In this document: positions 1 through 8,956 of the stretch, in pieces
Layout: each line of letters starts with the position of its first letter
How positions within the stretch are numbered: position 1 is the stretch's first letter
Origin: Proteobacteria bacterium UBA5122
GTDB lineage: Bacteria; Pseudomonadota; Gammaproteobacteria; Tenderiales; Tenderiaceae
Length of the DNA stretch: 64,000 bases
Direction of reading: 5' to 3'
Assembly: GCA_002415485.1 (NCBI GenBank)
Contig: DHYU01000060.1
Span: 8,181-72,180 of the forward strand
Notes under the pieces: generated by a model
What the model saw: only the letters and a program-made list of their open reading frames with translations
Told to the model about the DNA's origin: nothing
The model's database searches: none
Program-made: the position numbers and the translations under genes

Positions 1-152
1 ATGCCGACGACCTTGCGCCAGGCCTCTTCCCCGCCATAGGTGGTGATGACGCTGTCGATCAGCGCCTCTGTTGCCTCACTGGCATGGCTGATGCTGGAGA
101 ATAGGGATAAGGACAGACAAAGGCCGAGGCCGATTCGGGATAACAACTGCAT
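1..152 (-). CDS. secreted protein, N-terminal fragment (gene runs off the window edge)
   Basis: A reverse-strand ATG (complement of 150-152) opens the frame MQLLSRIGLGLCLSLSLFSSISHA/SEATEALIDSVITTYGGEEAWRKVVG. This is a typical signal peptide. The ORF is truncated by the window start, so it is absent from the ORF track. Confidence 0.35.
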   Translation of the reverse strand, partial: MQLLSRIGLGLCLSLSLFSSISHASEATEALIDSVITTYGGEEAWRKVVG

Positions 153-200
153 GGGGACTACCTGTGGTGAAAAAGGGGGTTAGTTTAACAGTGACGGCGA

Positions 201-1556
201 TTATTCGCCGCCACCGCTCTTCTTGCTGGCCAGCCGACGCAGGCGGCGGATGGAGTAGAACACGATGCCGACGACGACGGGGATGGCGAGGCCGGTGGCC
301 AGATCGGTGTTGATGCCGATGCCCGAGGCCTTCAGTGCCTTGAGGCCGTAACCGACGATGCCGAGCAGGTAGTAGCTGAGCACCACGACCGACAGCCCTT
401 CGACTGTTTCCTGCAGGCGCAGTTGCAGGCGCGCGCGGCGGTCCATCGACTTCAACACGTCGCGGGTTTGGGCCTCCAGCGTGATGTCGACGCGCGTTTG
501 CAACAAGGCCGAGGCACGGCCGACGCGCAGCGACAGGGTCTCGAGTTTGGTCTGTACCAGCTCACAGGTGCCCATCGCCGATTCCAGGCGCTGTTCGATG
601 AACTCCTGCAGCATCTGCAGGCCTTCGATCCGGATCTCACGCAGCTCGGTAATGCGGCGCTTGATGATGGCGTAGTAGGCGCGTGAGGCGTTAAAACGAT
701 GGCTGATCTCGGCCGAGATGCGTTCGATCTCGGAGGCGAGGTGGGTCAGTTCATTCAGCATCGTTTGTTCATCTTCGACGCTCTCCAGCTTGACGCCGGC
801 GGCGGTCAGTTTGGCCAGTTTGCGATCGTATTCGGCCAGCTGCGGGATCAGCTGTCGTGTGGTGGGGACCGGCAGCATCGCCAACATGCGATAGGTCTCG
901 ATTTCGAGCAGGCGTTGCACCAGGCGGCCCGCCTGACGATGGGTGAGGCCCTCGTCGTGGATCAGGATGCGAGTGAAGCCATCGCTATGAATCTGGTTGT
1001 CGCGCCAGACACTGGCGCGGCCATCGGCGACCTGGGAGCCGATGACGGAGTTGGACGCAAACAGTTTGGCCAGCTCCGGCAGCGGGCGTGGTGCTTGTGA
1101 TTGTTCGTCGAGCGCGATATGGGTGGCCGCCAGCACTTCGCCCGGCAACGAGGCCAGCCACTCTTTGGGCATGTGGGCGACGGCCGGGTCTTCAAACGGC
1201 GTGGCAAACGGCGCGCTGTGATAGAAGGTGTAGGTCGTGTATTCGGTATGACGTTCCCAGCGCAGGCGAAACATGCCGAGGTCGGCACTGAACTGTGTTT
1301 GGTGGCTGGTCGGTGGCGCAACGCCGTAGCGTTCGCACAGCTGGGCAACCCGTTGGCGTTCAAGCGTACAGTTGTTGCTATCGGAGATCAGTACCAGGTG
1401 TGAGATCTGTACCGGTGCGGTGAGCACTTCATAGGCGCCAGCGTTCAGCTCATTGTGCAGTTTGAGCCGTTTGTCGTGTTCGGCAATGCCAAACAGGGTG
1501 TTGTTCAATGGTGCCTGTGGATCCGCAGGGGTGGCGGATTCGGGGGTGTCGTTCAT
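201..1556 (-). CDS. DUF3422-family membrane-anchored protein (function unknown)
   Basis: 451-aa ORF. It has the 'FRLRWERHTEYTTYTF' block, a long coiled-coil region and two C-terminal TM helices, which matches my memory of DUF3422. Confidence 0.6.
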   Translation of the reverse strand: MNDTPESATPADPQAPLNNTLFGIAEHDKRLKLHNELNAGAYEVLTAPVQISHLVLISDSNNCTLERQRVAQLCERYGVAPPTSHQTQFSADLGMFRLRWERHTEYTTYTFYHSAPFATPFEDPAVAHMPKEWLASLPGEVLAATHIALDEQSQAPRPLPELAKLFASNSVIGSQVADGRASVWRDNQIHSDGFTRILIHDEGLTHRQAGRLVQRLLEIETYRMLAMLPVPTTRQLIPQLAEYDRKLAKLTAAGVKLESVEDEQTMLNELTHLASEIERISAEISHRFNASRAYYAIIKRRITELREIRIEGLQMLQEFIEQRLESAMGTCELVQTKLETLSLRVGRASALLQTRVDITLEAQTRDVLKSMDRRARLQLRLQETVEGLSVVVLSYYLLGIVGYGLKALKASGIGINTDLATGLAIPVVVGIVFYSIRRLRRLASKKSGGGE

Positions 1557-1715
1557 AAGACGGGTGTTTCCTTCTGTGTTGCGATGTTAGTGATATAACA
1601 GGGTGTTGAGATAGGTATGGCGGTTTCGGGCGTCAATATCAAGTCCCGGTAAGAGATTATACGTGCATTGTTACAGTGCATTGACAGGATGGATGGAAGA
1701 AAGTTCGGTCGCCCG

Positions 1716-1744
1716 TAGGCAACGGAAACTTTCCCGCCTATAAT
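1716..1744 (+). promoter_or_regulatory. candidate sigma70 promoter (TAGGCA-17 nt-TATAAT) for the ykgJ-like gene
   Basis: A perfect TATAAT lies at 1739-1744. TAGGCA lies at 1716-1721 with a 17-nt spacer, about 55 nt upstream of the ORF. Confidence 0.3.
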
Positions 1745-1796
1745 CTCCGCGCCGATTGTCCTGTCGGTTTCCCATTGGCCTTTTCTTTGCGCGTGT

Positions 1797-2183
1797 TTGG
1801 GGGTGAGGGTGAGCAATCCTTGTCTGTCGTGTGGAGCCTGTTGTGCCCATTACCGGGTGTCTTTTTATTGGTCTGAAGCGGACCCTTTTCTAGGCGGTAC
1901 TGTGCCGCCGGAGATGACGGTGCAGATTAACCAGCGCATGGTCGCCATGCGTGGCAGCGAGCGCACGCCTGCGCGGTGTTGTGCCTTGGTCGGTGAGGTC
2001 GGCACGCAGGTGCAGTGTTCGATCTATGAGCAGCGGGCGCAGGTGTGCCGCGACATCATGTATACCGGTTATAACGGGCTGCGTGAAGAAAAATGCGACA
2101 AGGCGCGCATTGCCCATGGTATGCCGCCGCTGGAGCCCGACTTCGAGCCGGAACAAACGCCACCACTGCCGAAAATCGCGTAA
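1797..2183 (+). CDS. YkgJ/UPF0153 family cysteine-cluster (putative Fe-S/zinc) protein
   Basis: N-terminal 'CLSCGACC' (CxxCxxCC) plus downstream 'ARCCAL' and 'CSIYEQRAQVC' motifs. The start is uncertain (TTG 1797, GTG 1803 or GTG 1809). Confidence 0.7.
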   Translation: MGVRVSNPCLSCGACCAHYRVSFYWSEADPFLGGTVPPEMTVQINQRMVAMRGSERTPARCCALVGEVGTQVQCSIYEQRAQVCRDIMYTGYNGLREEKCDKARIAHGMPPLEPDFEPEQTPPLPKIA

Positions 2184-2280
2184 TTTTTTAGCTGCGCCTA
2201 TTATCTCGTGTCCGTAGTTGCCCGATAGTTCGGGTGTGACACCCTTGTCATCACCGGTTATTTACGAGAGGTAGTGTATT

Positions 2281-4191
2281 GTGCCGCAATCTGATTTAAG
2301 GCAGCTGGCAATGCAGCGTTTTTCGCATCTCAATGAGGCGGAGCTGCGTCTGTTGCAAGCGATCAGTGCAGGGCAGATTGTCGATTATGCCCAGCACGAT
2401 GACGCCACGCCGCTGCTGGAGGAGCCGACGATCCGCGCTGGTCTCATCCGCTGGTTGTGTGTCGATCCGGCGGCGCGGCAGTTTGTCGATGTGCGTGGTG
2501 TGCACGTGCACGGGGCGGAGATCATCGGCCGCCTCGATCTGGCCTTCGTCTCGATTTCATTTCCACTGGCGCTGCTGCGCTGTCGCATCGAAAAGGGCAT
2601 CGACCTGACCGAGAGCGAGGTGCGGGCGATTGCGCTTGATGGCAGTAGCGTTGGACCGATTGCCGCCGCCCAGGCGCGGCTGCGCGGTTCACTCTATCTG
2701 CGTGATGGCTTTCATGCGCGCGGTGAGGTGCGGCTGCTAGGTGCCAACATCAAGGGTAGTTTGGAATGCCGCAATGCCCGTTTTGAAAATCCGGACGGTG
2801 ATGCAATCTCGGCCAACGGTGTGATGGTGCATGGCTCGGTGTTTATGGATGCCGGCTTTTACGCCCATGGCACGGTGCGTATGGTCGGTGCGTCGATCGA
2901 TCGCATGTGGATCTGTACTGGCGGCCGTTTCGTCGCGCCACGGCGCGAGGCCCTGGTGGCCGACGGCATCAGCATTGGCAGTTCCTTGATGATGGAGAAC
3001 GGCTTTATCGCCGTCGGCGAGGTGCGGTTGATGGGGGCGAGCATCCATGGTGATCTGAGTTGCCGCAGTGGCCGGATCCTGAATCGCGGTGCTGATGCCT
3101 TGTCGGCCGATGGCGTGACGATCGGCGGCTCGGCCAACCTGAATCGTGGTTTCAAGGCCGTGGGGCGGGTGCGCATGGTCGGTGGTGTGATCAAACACGA
3201 CCTGACCTGCCGCGATGCCACCTTGTTGAATCAGGACGGTGATGCGTTGGTGATCGACCGTGCCCGCATCGATGGCAATCTGTATCTGGAAGGGCGCTTT
3301 CGCAGCAACGCGGTGATCTCGCTGCGCACGGCGCGTATCCATGGCGATATGCATGTGTGGAACGCCCGCTTCACCGGCTCGGGTGTGAACGGTGTGGTCG
3401 CCGAGAATGCGCAGATCAGCGGGCGGCTGCTGTGGAAGGGGATCGGCCTGACCCCCGGCAGTGAATTGAATCTCTCACATGCCCGCATTGGCCAGTTGGC
3501 CGATGAGCGCAAGAGTTGGCCGGATGCCGGTCGCCTGCACCTGCAGGGGCTGGAATATCAGAGCATCAGCGAAGGGCCGCTGGATGCAGTGGCGCGCCTG
3601 GATTGGTTGCGGCGGCAGCCCTATGCGCCGTTCAGTCAGCAGCCCTATGAGTGGCTGGCCTCAGTGATGAAGCGCAGCGGCCACGATGAAGAGGCGATTG
3701 CGATTGCGATCGGCGGTGAAGACGATCGTCTGCGTTATGGCGAGCTGCCGCCAGTGGCACGTATGCGTCAGTGGTCGCTCAAGTATCTGCTTGATTATGG
3801 CTATCAGCCGCACTACCGCGCGCTGTTGATCGGTACGGTGTTGATGGTGCTCGGCTGGTTGCTGTTTTCCATCGGCGGTGCGGCCGACCTGATGTCGCCC
3901 ACGCGCGAGCGGGTCTACATGGATTACCAGTACATCGAACAGCGCCATGTGCCGGAGGACTATCCGGTGTTTAATCCGCTGGTCTACTCCATCGATTCGT
4001 TTATCCCGTTTATCAATCTGCACCAGGAAGAGTATTGGCTGCCGAACGCCGCCCGCAGCTGTACCTTGCTGCAGCAACAATTGCCCTGCGGCTCGGTGTT
4101 GCGGGTGTACATGTGGCTGCATATCGGCCTGGGTTGGGTGCTGGCGACCTTGTTTGCGGTCGGCCTGACCGGGTTGGTGCGTAAGGACTAG
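2281..4191 (+). CDS. tandem-repeat (beta-solenoid-like) protein with a C-terminal membrane domain, uncharacterised
   Basis: 636-aa ORF with a GTG start. It contains five ~48-aa repeats ('G.l.l..GF.A.G.VR..GA.I.G.L.C....l.N..GDAl.ADG..I'). The C-terminus has hydrophobic helices ('LLIGTVLMVLGWLLFSIGG', 'WLHIGLGWVLATLFAVGLTGLV'). Confidence 0.8.
   Translation: MPQSDLRQLAMQRFSHLNEAELRLLQAISAGQIVDYAQHDDATPLLEEPTIRAGLIRWLCVDPAARQFVDVRGVHVHGAEIIGRLDLAFVSISFPLALLRCRIEKGIDLTESEVRAIALDGSSVGPIAAAQARLRGSLYLRDGFHARGEVRLLGANIKGSLECRNARFENPDGDAISANGVMVHGSVFMDAGFYAHGTVRMVGASIDRMWICTGGRFVAPRREALVADGISIGSSLMMENGFIAVGEVRLMGASIHGDLSCRSGRILNRGADALSADGVTIGGSANLNRGFKAVGRVRMVGGVIKHDLTCRDATLLNQDGDALVIDRARIDGNLYLEGRFRSNAVISLRTARIHGDMHVWNARFTGSGVNGVVAENAQISGRLLWKGIGLTPGSELNLSHARIGQLADERKSWPDAGRLHLQGLEYQSISEGPLDAVARLDWLRRQPYAPFSQQPYEWLASVMKRSGHDEEAIAIAIGGEDDRLRYGELPPVARMRQWSLKYLLDYGYQPHYRALLIGTVLMVLGWLLFSIGGAADLMSPTRERVYMDYQYIEQRHVPEDYPVFNPLVYSIDSFIPFINLHQEEYWLPNAARSCTLLQQQLPCGSVLRVYMWLHIGLGWVLATLFAVGLTGLVRKD
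2683..3406 (+). repeat. intragenic tandem repeats, ~144 bp (48 codons) x5
   Basis: The repeat is seen at protein level, for example 'GFHARGEVRLLGANIKGSLEC', 'GFYAHGTVRMVGASIDRMWIC', 'GFIAVGEVRLMGASIHGDLSC' and 'GFKAVGRVRMVGGVIKHDLTC'. It is a coding repeat, not a CRISPR array. Confidence 0.7.
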
Positions 4192-4252
4192 CGGCTGTTC
4201 ACGCGTGCCTCCATGATGGCGCGGGCAAAAAATAGATGTATTTCCAATCTTA

Positions 4253-4282
4253 CTTAAAATATATTTTGAATATACTTTTAAG
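4253..4282. promoter_or_regulatory. AT-rich imperfect palindrome immediately upstream of nnrS (possible operator)
   Basis: In CTTAAAATATATTTTGAATATACTTTTAAG, the outer arms CTTAAAA/TTTTAAG and the inner arms TATATT/AATATA are each self-complementary, with a 1-nt offset. The element ends 12 nt before the ATG. Confidence 0.3.
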
Positions 4283-4293
4283 AGGGTTGGATT

Positions 4294-5478
4294 ATGACGG
4301 TCATCAACATCACGCCACCGGGCAAGCTGATCCCCCCTGATCGTTTATCCCTGTTTGCACTCGGCTTCCGGCCCTTTTTTGTGCTGGCGGCTTTGTCGGC
4401 GGTGGTGCTGATGCTGCTCTGGCTGCTGATGTTGGCCAATGTCGTGCCCGGCCCGGGTTACTATCCTCCGTCGCTGTGGCATGGCCATGAAATGGTGTTT
4501 GGTTTTGCGACGGCCGTGGTGGCGGGCTTTCTGCTGACGGCGGTGCGCAACTGGACCTCGGTCAACACCTTAACCGGTGGCCCGTTGATGGGCCTGGCTG
4601 CGTTGTGGCTGGCGGCGCGACTGTTACCGTTTTTGGCCGCACCGTCGTGGCTCATCGCCGTGGTCGATTTGGCCTTTCTGCCGCTGTTGGCGCTGGCCTT
4701 GTTGAAGCCGATCCTCGATAGCAAAAAAACACCGCAACTGATCTTTGTCGTGATCTTGAGCGTGATGTTCATCGCCAACCTGTTATCGCACCTGGCGCTA
4801 TTGGATGTGATCGGGCTTGCGCCGGACATCGGCATCACGCTGGCGCTGAACTGCATCTTACTGACAATCGTGATCATGGCCGGGCGGGTGCTGCCGTTTT
4901 TTATCGAACGCGGCGCGCCGGGCAGTCGGCCCAAAAAATGGCCGTGGCTGGAGCGGCTGTCGGTGGCCAGCATGGTGCTTTTTGCGTTGTTGATGGTGTG
5001 GCAGCCAGCAGGATTGGTGTTATCGGTTGTGGCCATCGCGGCGGCCTTGGCCCACGGTGTGCGACTCGCGGCCTGGGTATCGCGGCCATTGTGGGCAGTG
5101 CCATTGCTGTGGGTGTTGATCTTCGGTTATGCGTGGCTGGTGATCGGGTTTGTGATGGTGGCCTGGGCGCCAATGCTTGACATTGATACCAGTCTGGCGC
5201 GACATGCCTTTGCCGCCTCGATAGCAGTATTGAGTCTGGGCATGATGGCGCGCGTGGCATTAGGTCACACCGGCCGAGAACTCAAACCGGCGGTCATCAT
5301 CGGCTGGGCCTTCGCTGTGTTGAATGTGGCGATGGTCTTGCGTTTGCTGGCGATGATGGTTGAAACACAATGGCCGCTGTGGTTGGCGGCCATCGGTTGG
5401 ATCAGTGCGTTTGGGATTTACCTCGGCGTGTACTGGCCGATCCTGTCACGCGCGCGAGTGGATGGTCAGCCGGGGTGA
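4294..5478 (+). CDS. nnrS: NnrS family heme-copper membrane protein (NO-stress associated)
   Basis: Polytopic membrane protein of 394 aa. The 'FRPFFVLAAL', 'WHGHEMVFGF' and 'GFLLTAVRNWT' motifs are characteristic of NnrS. Confidence 0.85.
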   Translation: MTVINITPPGKLIPPDRLSLFALGFRPFFVLAALSAVVLMLLWLLMLANVVPGPGYYPPSLWHGHEMVFGFATAVVAGFLLTAVRNWTSVNTLTGGPLMGLAALWLAARLLPFLAAPSWLIAVVDLAFLPLLALALLKPILDSKKTPQLIFVVILSVMFIANLLSHLALLDVIGLAPDIGITLALNCILLTIVIMAGRVLPFFIERGAPGSRPKKWPWLERLSVASMVLFALLMVWQPAGLVLSVVAIAAALAHGVRLAAWVSRPLWAVPLLWVLIFGYAWLVIGFVMVAWAPMLDIDTSLARHAFAASIAVLSLGMMARVALGHTGRELKPAVIIGWAFAVLNVAMVLRLLAMMVETQWPLWLAAIGWISAFGIYLGVYWPILSRARVDGQPG

Positions 5479-5510
5479 GGCGCGTGCTAATGCACAAACG
5501 TCGCCAGGCA

Positions 5511-6377
5511 TTATTTCAACGGCAAGTAGACATCCGTCACCAATTCATGCTCTTCCACTCCCGGCATCAGATTGCAGTAGTGGAAAAACAGCGGAAAATC
5601 GCGCAGTTCCTCACCACTGGCGGGTAGCCAGTCGCGATACAGAGCCTGCGCAGTCGCACTTAGGTTGTGATGGGCGCCACGGTGTGTGGTCACCGCGCAG
5701 CGACCGGCGGGGATGATGCCGTTCTTCACGCCCTGTGGGTTGGCTGGGATATCCTGAGTGACCGATGTACACAAATCGAAACGAAACTGATCGGGGGCGG
5801 TGGTCAGTGGGTCATCATAGGCCAGGCCGTACATATTTGAGGTTTCGATGGGAGATAGCCCACTGGTTTTACGCCACTCGATTAATTTCATAACGCTATC
5901 GTCGACCAGCGTGGGGGATGCCCGATGTTCCAGGATGCCAACCGGGACCGCGTCAAAATACACAATGTTCACGTTCATCTCTTCGTTCCTATGGGTGATG
6001 GGCAGTTGGTATTTTTCATTCCAGGGCTGCCATTGAGGGTGAGCGCGGAACTGAGAGGGCGTCTGACTGAAGGTCTGTTTGAACGCGCGGGAAAACGACT
6101 CCGGATTTTCAAAACCGGCATCCAGTGCGATGTCGATGATCTTTTCATCCAGGTTGATTGCCAGCCGATAGGATGCGCGTTTTAAACGAATTAAGCGGAT
6201 ATACGAAAACAAACTCATGCCCATATACACCGCAAACTGACGCAGAAAGTGATACTTCGAGAAGTGAGCGATATCGCTTAACTCCTCCAAGGTCAGTGGT
6301 TCATAAAGATGTTGATCAATATGCAGCAACACGCGTTCGAATCGTTGATGATATTGCGTTGCTTGTTTGCTGTTCAC
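5511..6377 (-). CDS. AraC-family transcriptional regulator with a GyrI-like effector domain
   Basis: The N-terminus has a double HTH ('FSKYHFLRQF', 'GFENPESFSRAFK'). The ~150-aa C-terminus is a GyrI/Rob-like domain. Confidence 0.85.
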   Translation of the reverse strand: MNSKQATQYHQRFERVLLHIDQHLYEPLTLEELSDIAHFSKYHFLRQFAVYMGMSLFSYIRLIRLKRASYRLAINLDEKIIDIALDAGFENPESFSRAFKQTFSQTPSQFRAHPQWQPWNEKYQLPITHRNEEMNVNIVYFDAVPVGILEHRASPTLVDDSVMKLIEWRKTSGLSPIETSNMYGLAYDDPLTTAPDQFRFDLCTSVTQDIPANPQGVKNGIIPAGRCAVTTHRGAHHNLSATAQALYRDWLPASGEELRDFPLFFHYCNLMPGVEEHELVTDVYLPLK

Positions 6378-6467
6378 CTGTTGTCCTCACTCAGTCCGTG
6401 TTCACAGTATCTGCGAAGGCTATTGATGAATCCTGACCGGAATTGCGCTGTTATCAATATGTGGGGA

Positions 6468-7265
6468 TTAAACCGTAATCTCCTCTGCCTGTTGCAAGGC
6501 CGTTAGTACTTCAGACTTAAGCGTTTCATTGCAGGTCGCCAGCGTATAACGTGAGTCTGCACTATGCGTACGGCCATCACCATCAAACACCTCACCACCG
6601 GCCTCGCGCACGATCAATACACCCGCCAGCACGTCCCAGGGTTTGTTCGACAGGATTACGCTTACATCCAAACGCCCGGTCGCCAACCATGCAAGTTGCA
6701 CGGCGGCGGAGCCGAGCATACGCAGGCGCATGATGCGTGGCGCGAGGGTATGCACCAGGGCCAGCCGCAGTCGGTTGCGTTCAATGGCATTTGCACCGAC
6801 GGCAAAGTCGCCACAACTAACCATTGCCGTATTTAGCGAGTTTGTATCAGCAACGTGTATCCGCTGATTATTTAAATAAGCGCCTAGTCCTCGTTCAGCG
6901 ACATAACGTTCATTCAAAAACGGCAGTGAGATGCAGGCCATTGTCGCCTGACCATCCTCGACCAACGCAATGCACAGGCCACACAAGGGTACACCGCGGG
7001 CGAAGTTGATGGTGCCGTCGATAGGGTCGATCACCCAATAACGCGCTGCATCCTGTTCACCCTGCCACGCCAGTTCTTCACCCAACACCGGAATGCCGCT
7101 GGCCTCCAGCAAGGCCTTGAGCTCACGTTCTATCGCCAGATCCAGCGCGAGGGCAAAGTCCTTGTCACCCTTATCATGCAGCGCGTGTTCTTCTTTCATT
7201 CCAGTCCGCAAGCGCGCATCGGCGATGTCCGCCGCCTGTAACATCAAACCCTTTAAATCGACCAT
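6468..7265 (-). CDS. inositol monophosphatase family protein
   Basis: 'WVIDPIDGTINFARGVP' and 'WDVLAG' are IMPase signatures. I place the start at the ATG 'MVDLKG' (7265), not at the longer ORF call, giving a 13-nt overlap with the upstream gene. Confidence 0.85.
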   Translation of the reverse strand: MVDLKGLMLQAADIADARLRTGMKEEHALHDKGDKDFALALDLAIERELKALLEASGIPVLGEELAWQGEQDAARYWVIDPIDGTINFARGVPLCGLCIALVEDGQATMACISLPFLNERYVAERGLGAYLNNQRIHVADTNSLNTAMVSCGDFAVGANAIERNRLRLALVHTLAPRIMRLRMLGSAAVQLAWLATGRLDVSVILSNKPWDVLAGVLIVREAGGEVFDGDGRTHSADSRYTLATCNETLKSEVLTALQQAEEITV

Positions 7266-8152
7266 AACAATCCCATCCCGCTGAATAGCGTCACACCGTT
7301 GGCCAGCCAAATCGCCGGTCGTTGCGGTTCTTTCAAGTAGATCACACCGATCGCCGCCGTCATCACGATGTGCATCATGACGATGGTCTTCACATAGGTC
7401 ACGCCGTTATCCAGGTCCAAGGAAAGCTGTACCGCCAGTTGTTGGCAGATAAAGGCCGTCAATACCACCGCAACGTAGAACCAGATATTGCCATTGCGCG
7501 CGATGGCAGCATCCACACGTTGTCGACGCCACCACAGTAGCGGCAATAACAAGGCAACCGTGATCAGATGCCAATAGGCGGTAAACACCAAGGCACCGTT
7601 ATCCACCGCCTGTATCGCCACTCGATCCAGGATGGTTGAGAACCCAAACAAGGCGGCAGCGATACACGAATACCACACCGCACGGGTAGCATGTGCACGC
7701 TTGGTTTGAGTTTTGTTCGTTGCCGAGCTGCGCAATACAAACGAGACCGACACCACGATCAAGGCTATAAACAACAAGGCCCAACCGTTTGGTACTTCGC
7801 CATACAGCGCCCAGGTGCAGAGCATCATGAATACGGGGATGCTGGCCTGTATTGGCGTGACGATCGACAGGTCACCGTGTTTGATCGCCTCCATGTACAA
7901 CAGGCTTGCACCGATGGTCAGCACTGCGGCGGCGAAGGTCGCCAGCCAAAACTGCGATGCATTTAAAAACGTGTAATCGATAAACGGCAGCGCCGCCAGC
8001 AACAGCACGGCCGGAATCACGCGTGCATGAAACAACAAACTCCAGGAATCAATCGCCCGGCAACGGGTCTTTACCAGCAACACCTTGCCGACATTGGCCG
8101 CCATCGCCAACAGGCTCAGCAATACCCACGGTTCTAACGCCGTGTTGAACAT
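7253..8152 (-). CDS. EamA/DMT-superfamily transporter
   Basis: 299 aa with about 10 TM helices arranged as two EamA-like halves. Confidence 0.8.
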   Translation of the reverse strand: MFNTALEPWVLLSLLAMAANVGKVLLVKTRCRAIDSWSLLFHARVIPAVLLLAALPFIDYTFLNASQFWLATFAAAVLTIGASLLYMEAIKHGDLSIVTPIQASIPVFMMLCTWALYGEVPNGWALLFIALIVVSVSFVLRSSATNKTQTKRAHATRAVWYSCIAAALFGFSTILDRVAIQAVDNGALVFTAYWHLITVALLLPLLWWRRQRVDAAIARNGNIWFYVAVVLTAFICQQLAVQLSLDLDNGVTYVKTIVMMHIVMTAAIGVIYLKEPQRPAIWLANGVTLFSGMGLLWSI

Positions 8153-8155
8153 GGC

Positions 8156-8650
8156 TTAATACACCTCGACCACGTCATACGCCACACGACGGTCATTCAC
8201 CGTCAACGTAAAACCATCATCCACCTGCGAGCCCAGCAGCTTGTCACCGAGCGGCGACTGCGGCGTCACAATCGTGATGCTGCGGCCGTCGTAGTTGAAC
8301 TTCACACCACCGGCCTCCGTGCCCAGCCATAACCAACGCTGCGCGCCGTGTTCGTCTTCCAGCAATACCAGGCTGTTCAATCCCACCACCGGTTTTATCA
8401 CCAAGGCCTGCGCCGCAATCGCCTCGTAGGCATGCAGCGTCTTCGCAATCTCCTCCGCCCGCATCGCCTGCCCATGCGCCAGATACGCCGCCTCCAGGCC
8501 GCGGGTGTCGTACTTGTTCTCCGCCACACTTTCCTCGTGGGTCGCGTTGTGATGCGAATCCTCAAACGCCGCCTGCAGAGTCGCCAGGTCAGCGCGCAGC
8601 ACGGCGCAGATCTGGCGGATGATGGCAGGCTTGTCGATGGGGTGGGTCAT
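8156..8650 (-). CDS. GreA/GreB-family transcription factor (GreAB/Rnk-like)
   Basis: 164 aa. The N-terminal coiled coil carries the acidic 'ENKYDTRGLE' tip. The C-terminus is a Gre-type globular domain ('VTPQSPLGDKLLG'). Confidence 0.7.
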   Translation of the reverse strand: MTHPIDKPAIIRQICAVLRADLATLQAAFEDSHHNATHEESVAENKYDTRGLEAAYLAHGQAMRAEEIAKTLHAYEAIAAQALVIKPVVGLNSLVLLEDEHGAQRWLWLGTEAGGVKFNYDGRSITIVTPQSPLGDKLLGSQVDDGFTLTVNDRRVAYDVVEVY

Positions 8651-8918
8651 GGGGGTTGGTTTTGTGTCCAGTTGGCGTTTAATGAGTCGAATTCAGGAAC
8701 GAATATTTTAAGCCCAAATATATCGCGGTACTAACAAACATAATTGGTAAGGCGCAATGTGTGCGAGATCTAAATGTTTTGAATGAACATCGCAGCCAGG
8801 GTCATTTTGTGGCTGTGCCGAGTGCGATACTCGGATGGGATGATGACGGGATTTGTATCGGTGAGATGGCGTGGCCTTTTTAACTCGCTGCGACTTCTTA
8901 ATTATCCGTTGACCTATT

Positions 8919-8952
8919 AATGCGTTCCCACACGTTGGTGTGGGAACGCATT
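8919..8952. terminator. strong stem-loop (15-bp perfect stem, 4-nt loop)
   Basis: AATGCGTTCCCACAC-gttg-GTGTGGGAACGCATT. It begins 5 nt after the stop of the minus-strand OmpA-like gene, but the U-rich tail (TTTGTTTT) is on the plus strand. Confidence 0.45.
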
Positions 8953-8956
8953 TGTT

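Noticed and set aside
4234-4251. NsrR operator upstream of nnrS ('AGATGTATTT...ATCTT').
   Set aside because: Only the left half-site is convincing. The spacing between AGAT and ATCT is shorter than in the 11-1-11 NsrR consensus I remember.
8783-8920. 45-codon plus-strand ORF (MNIAARVILWLCRVRYSDG...) ending at the hairpin.
   Set aside because: It has no Shine-Dalgarno sequence, its composition is Arg/Leu/Trp-rich, and it has no recognisable motif. It is probably non-coding.
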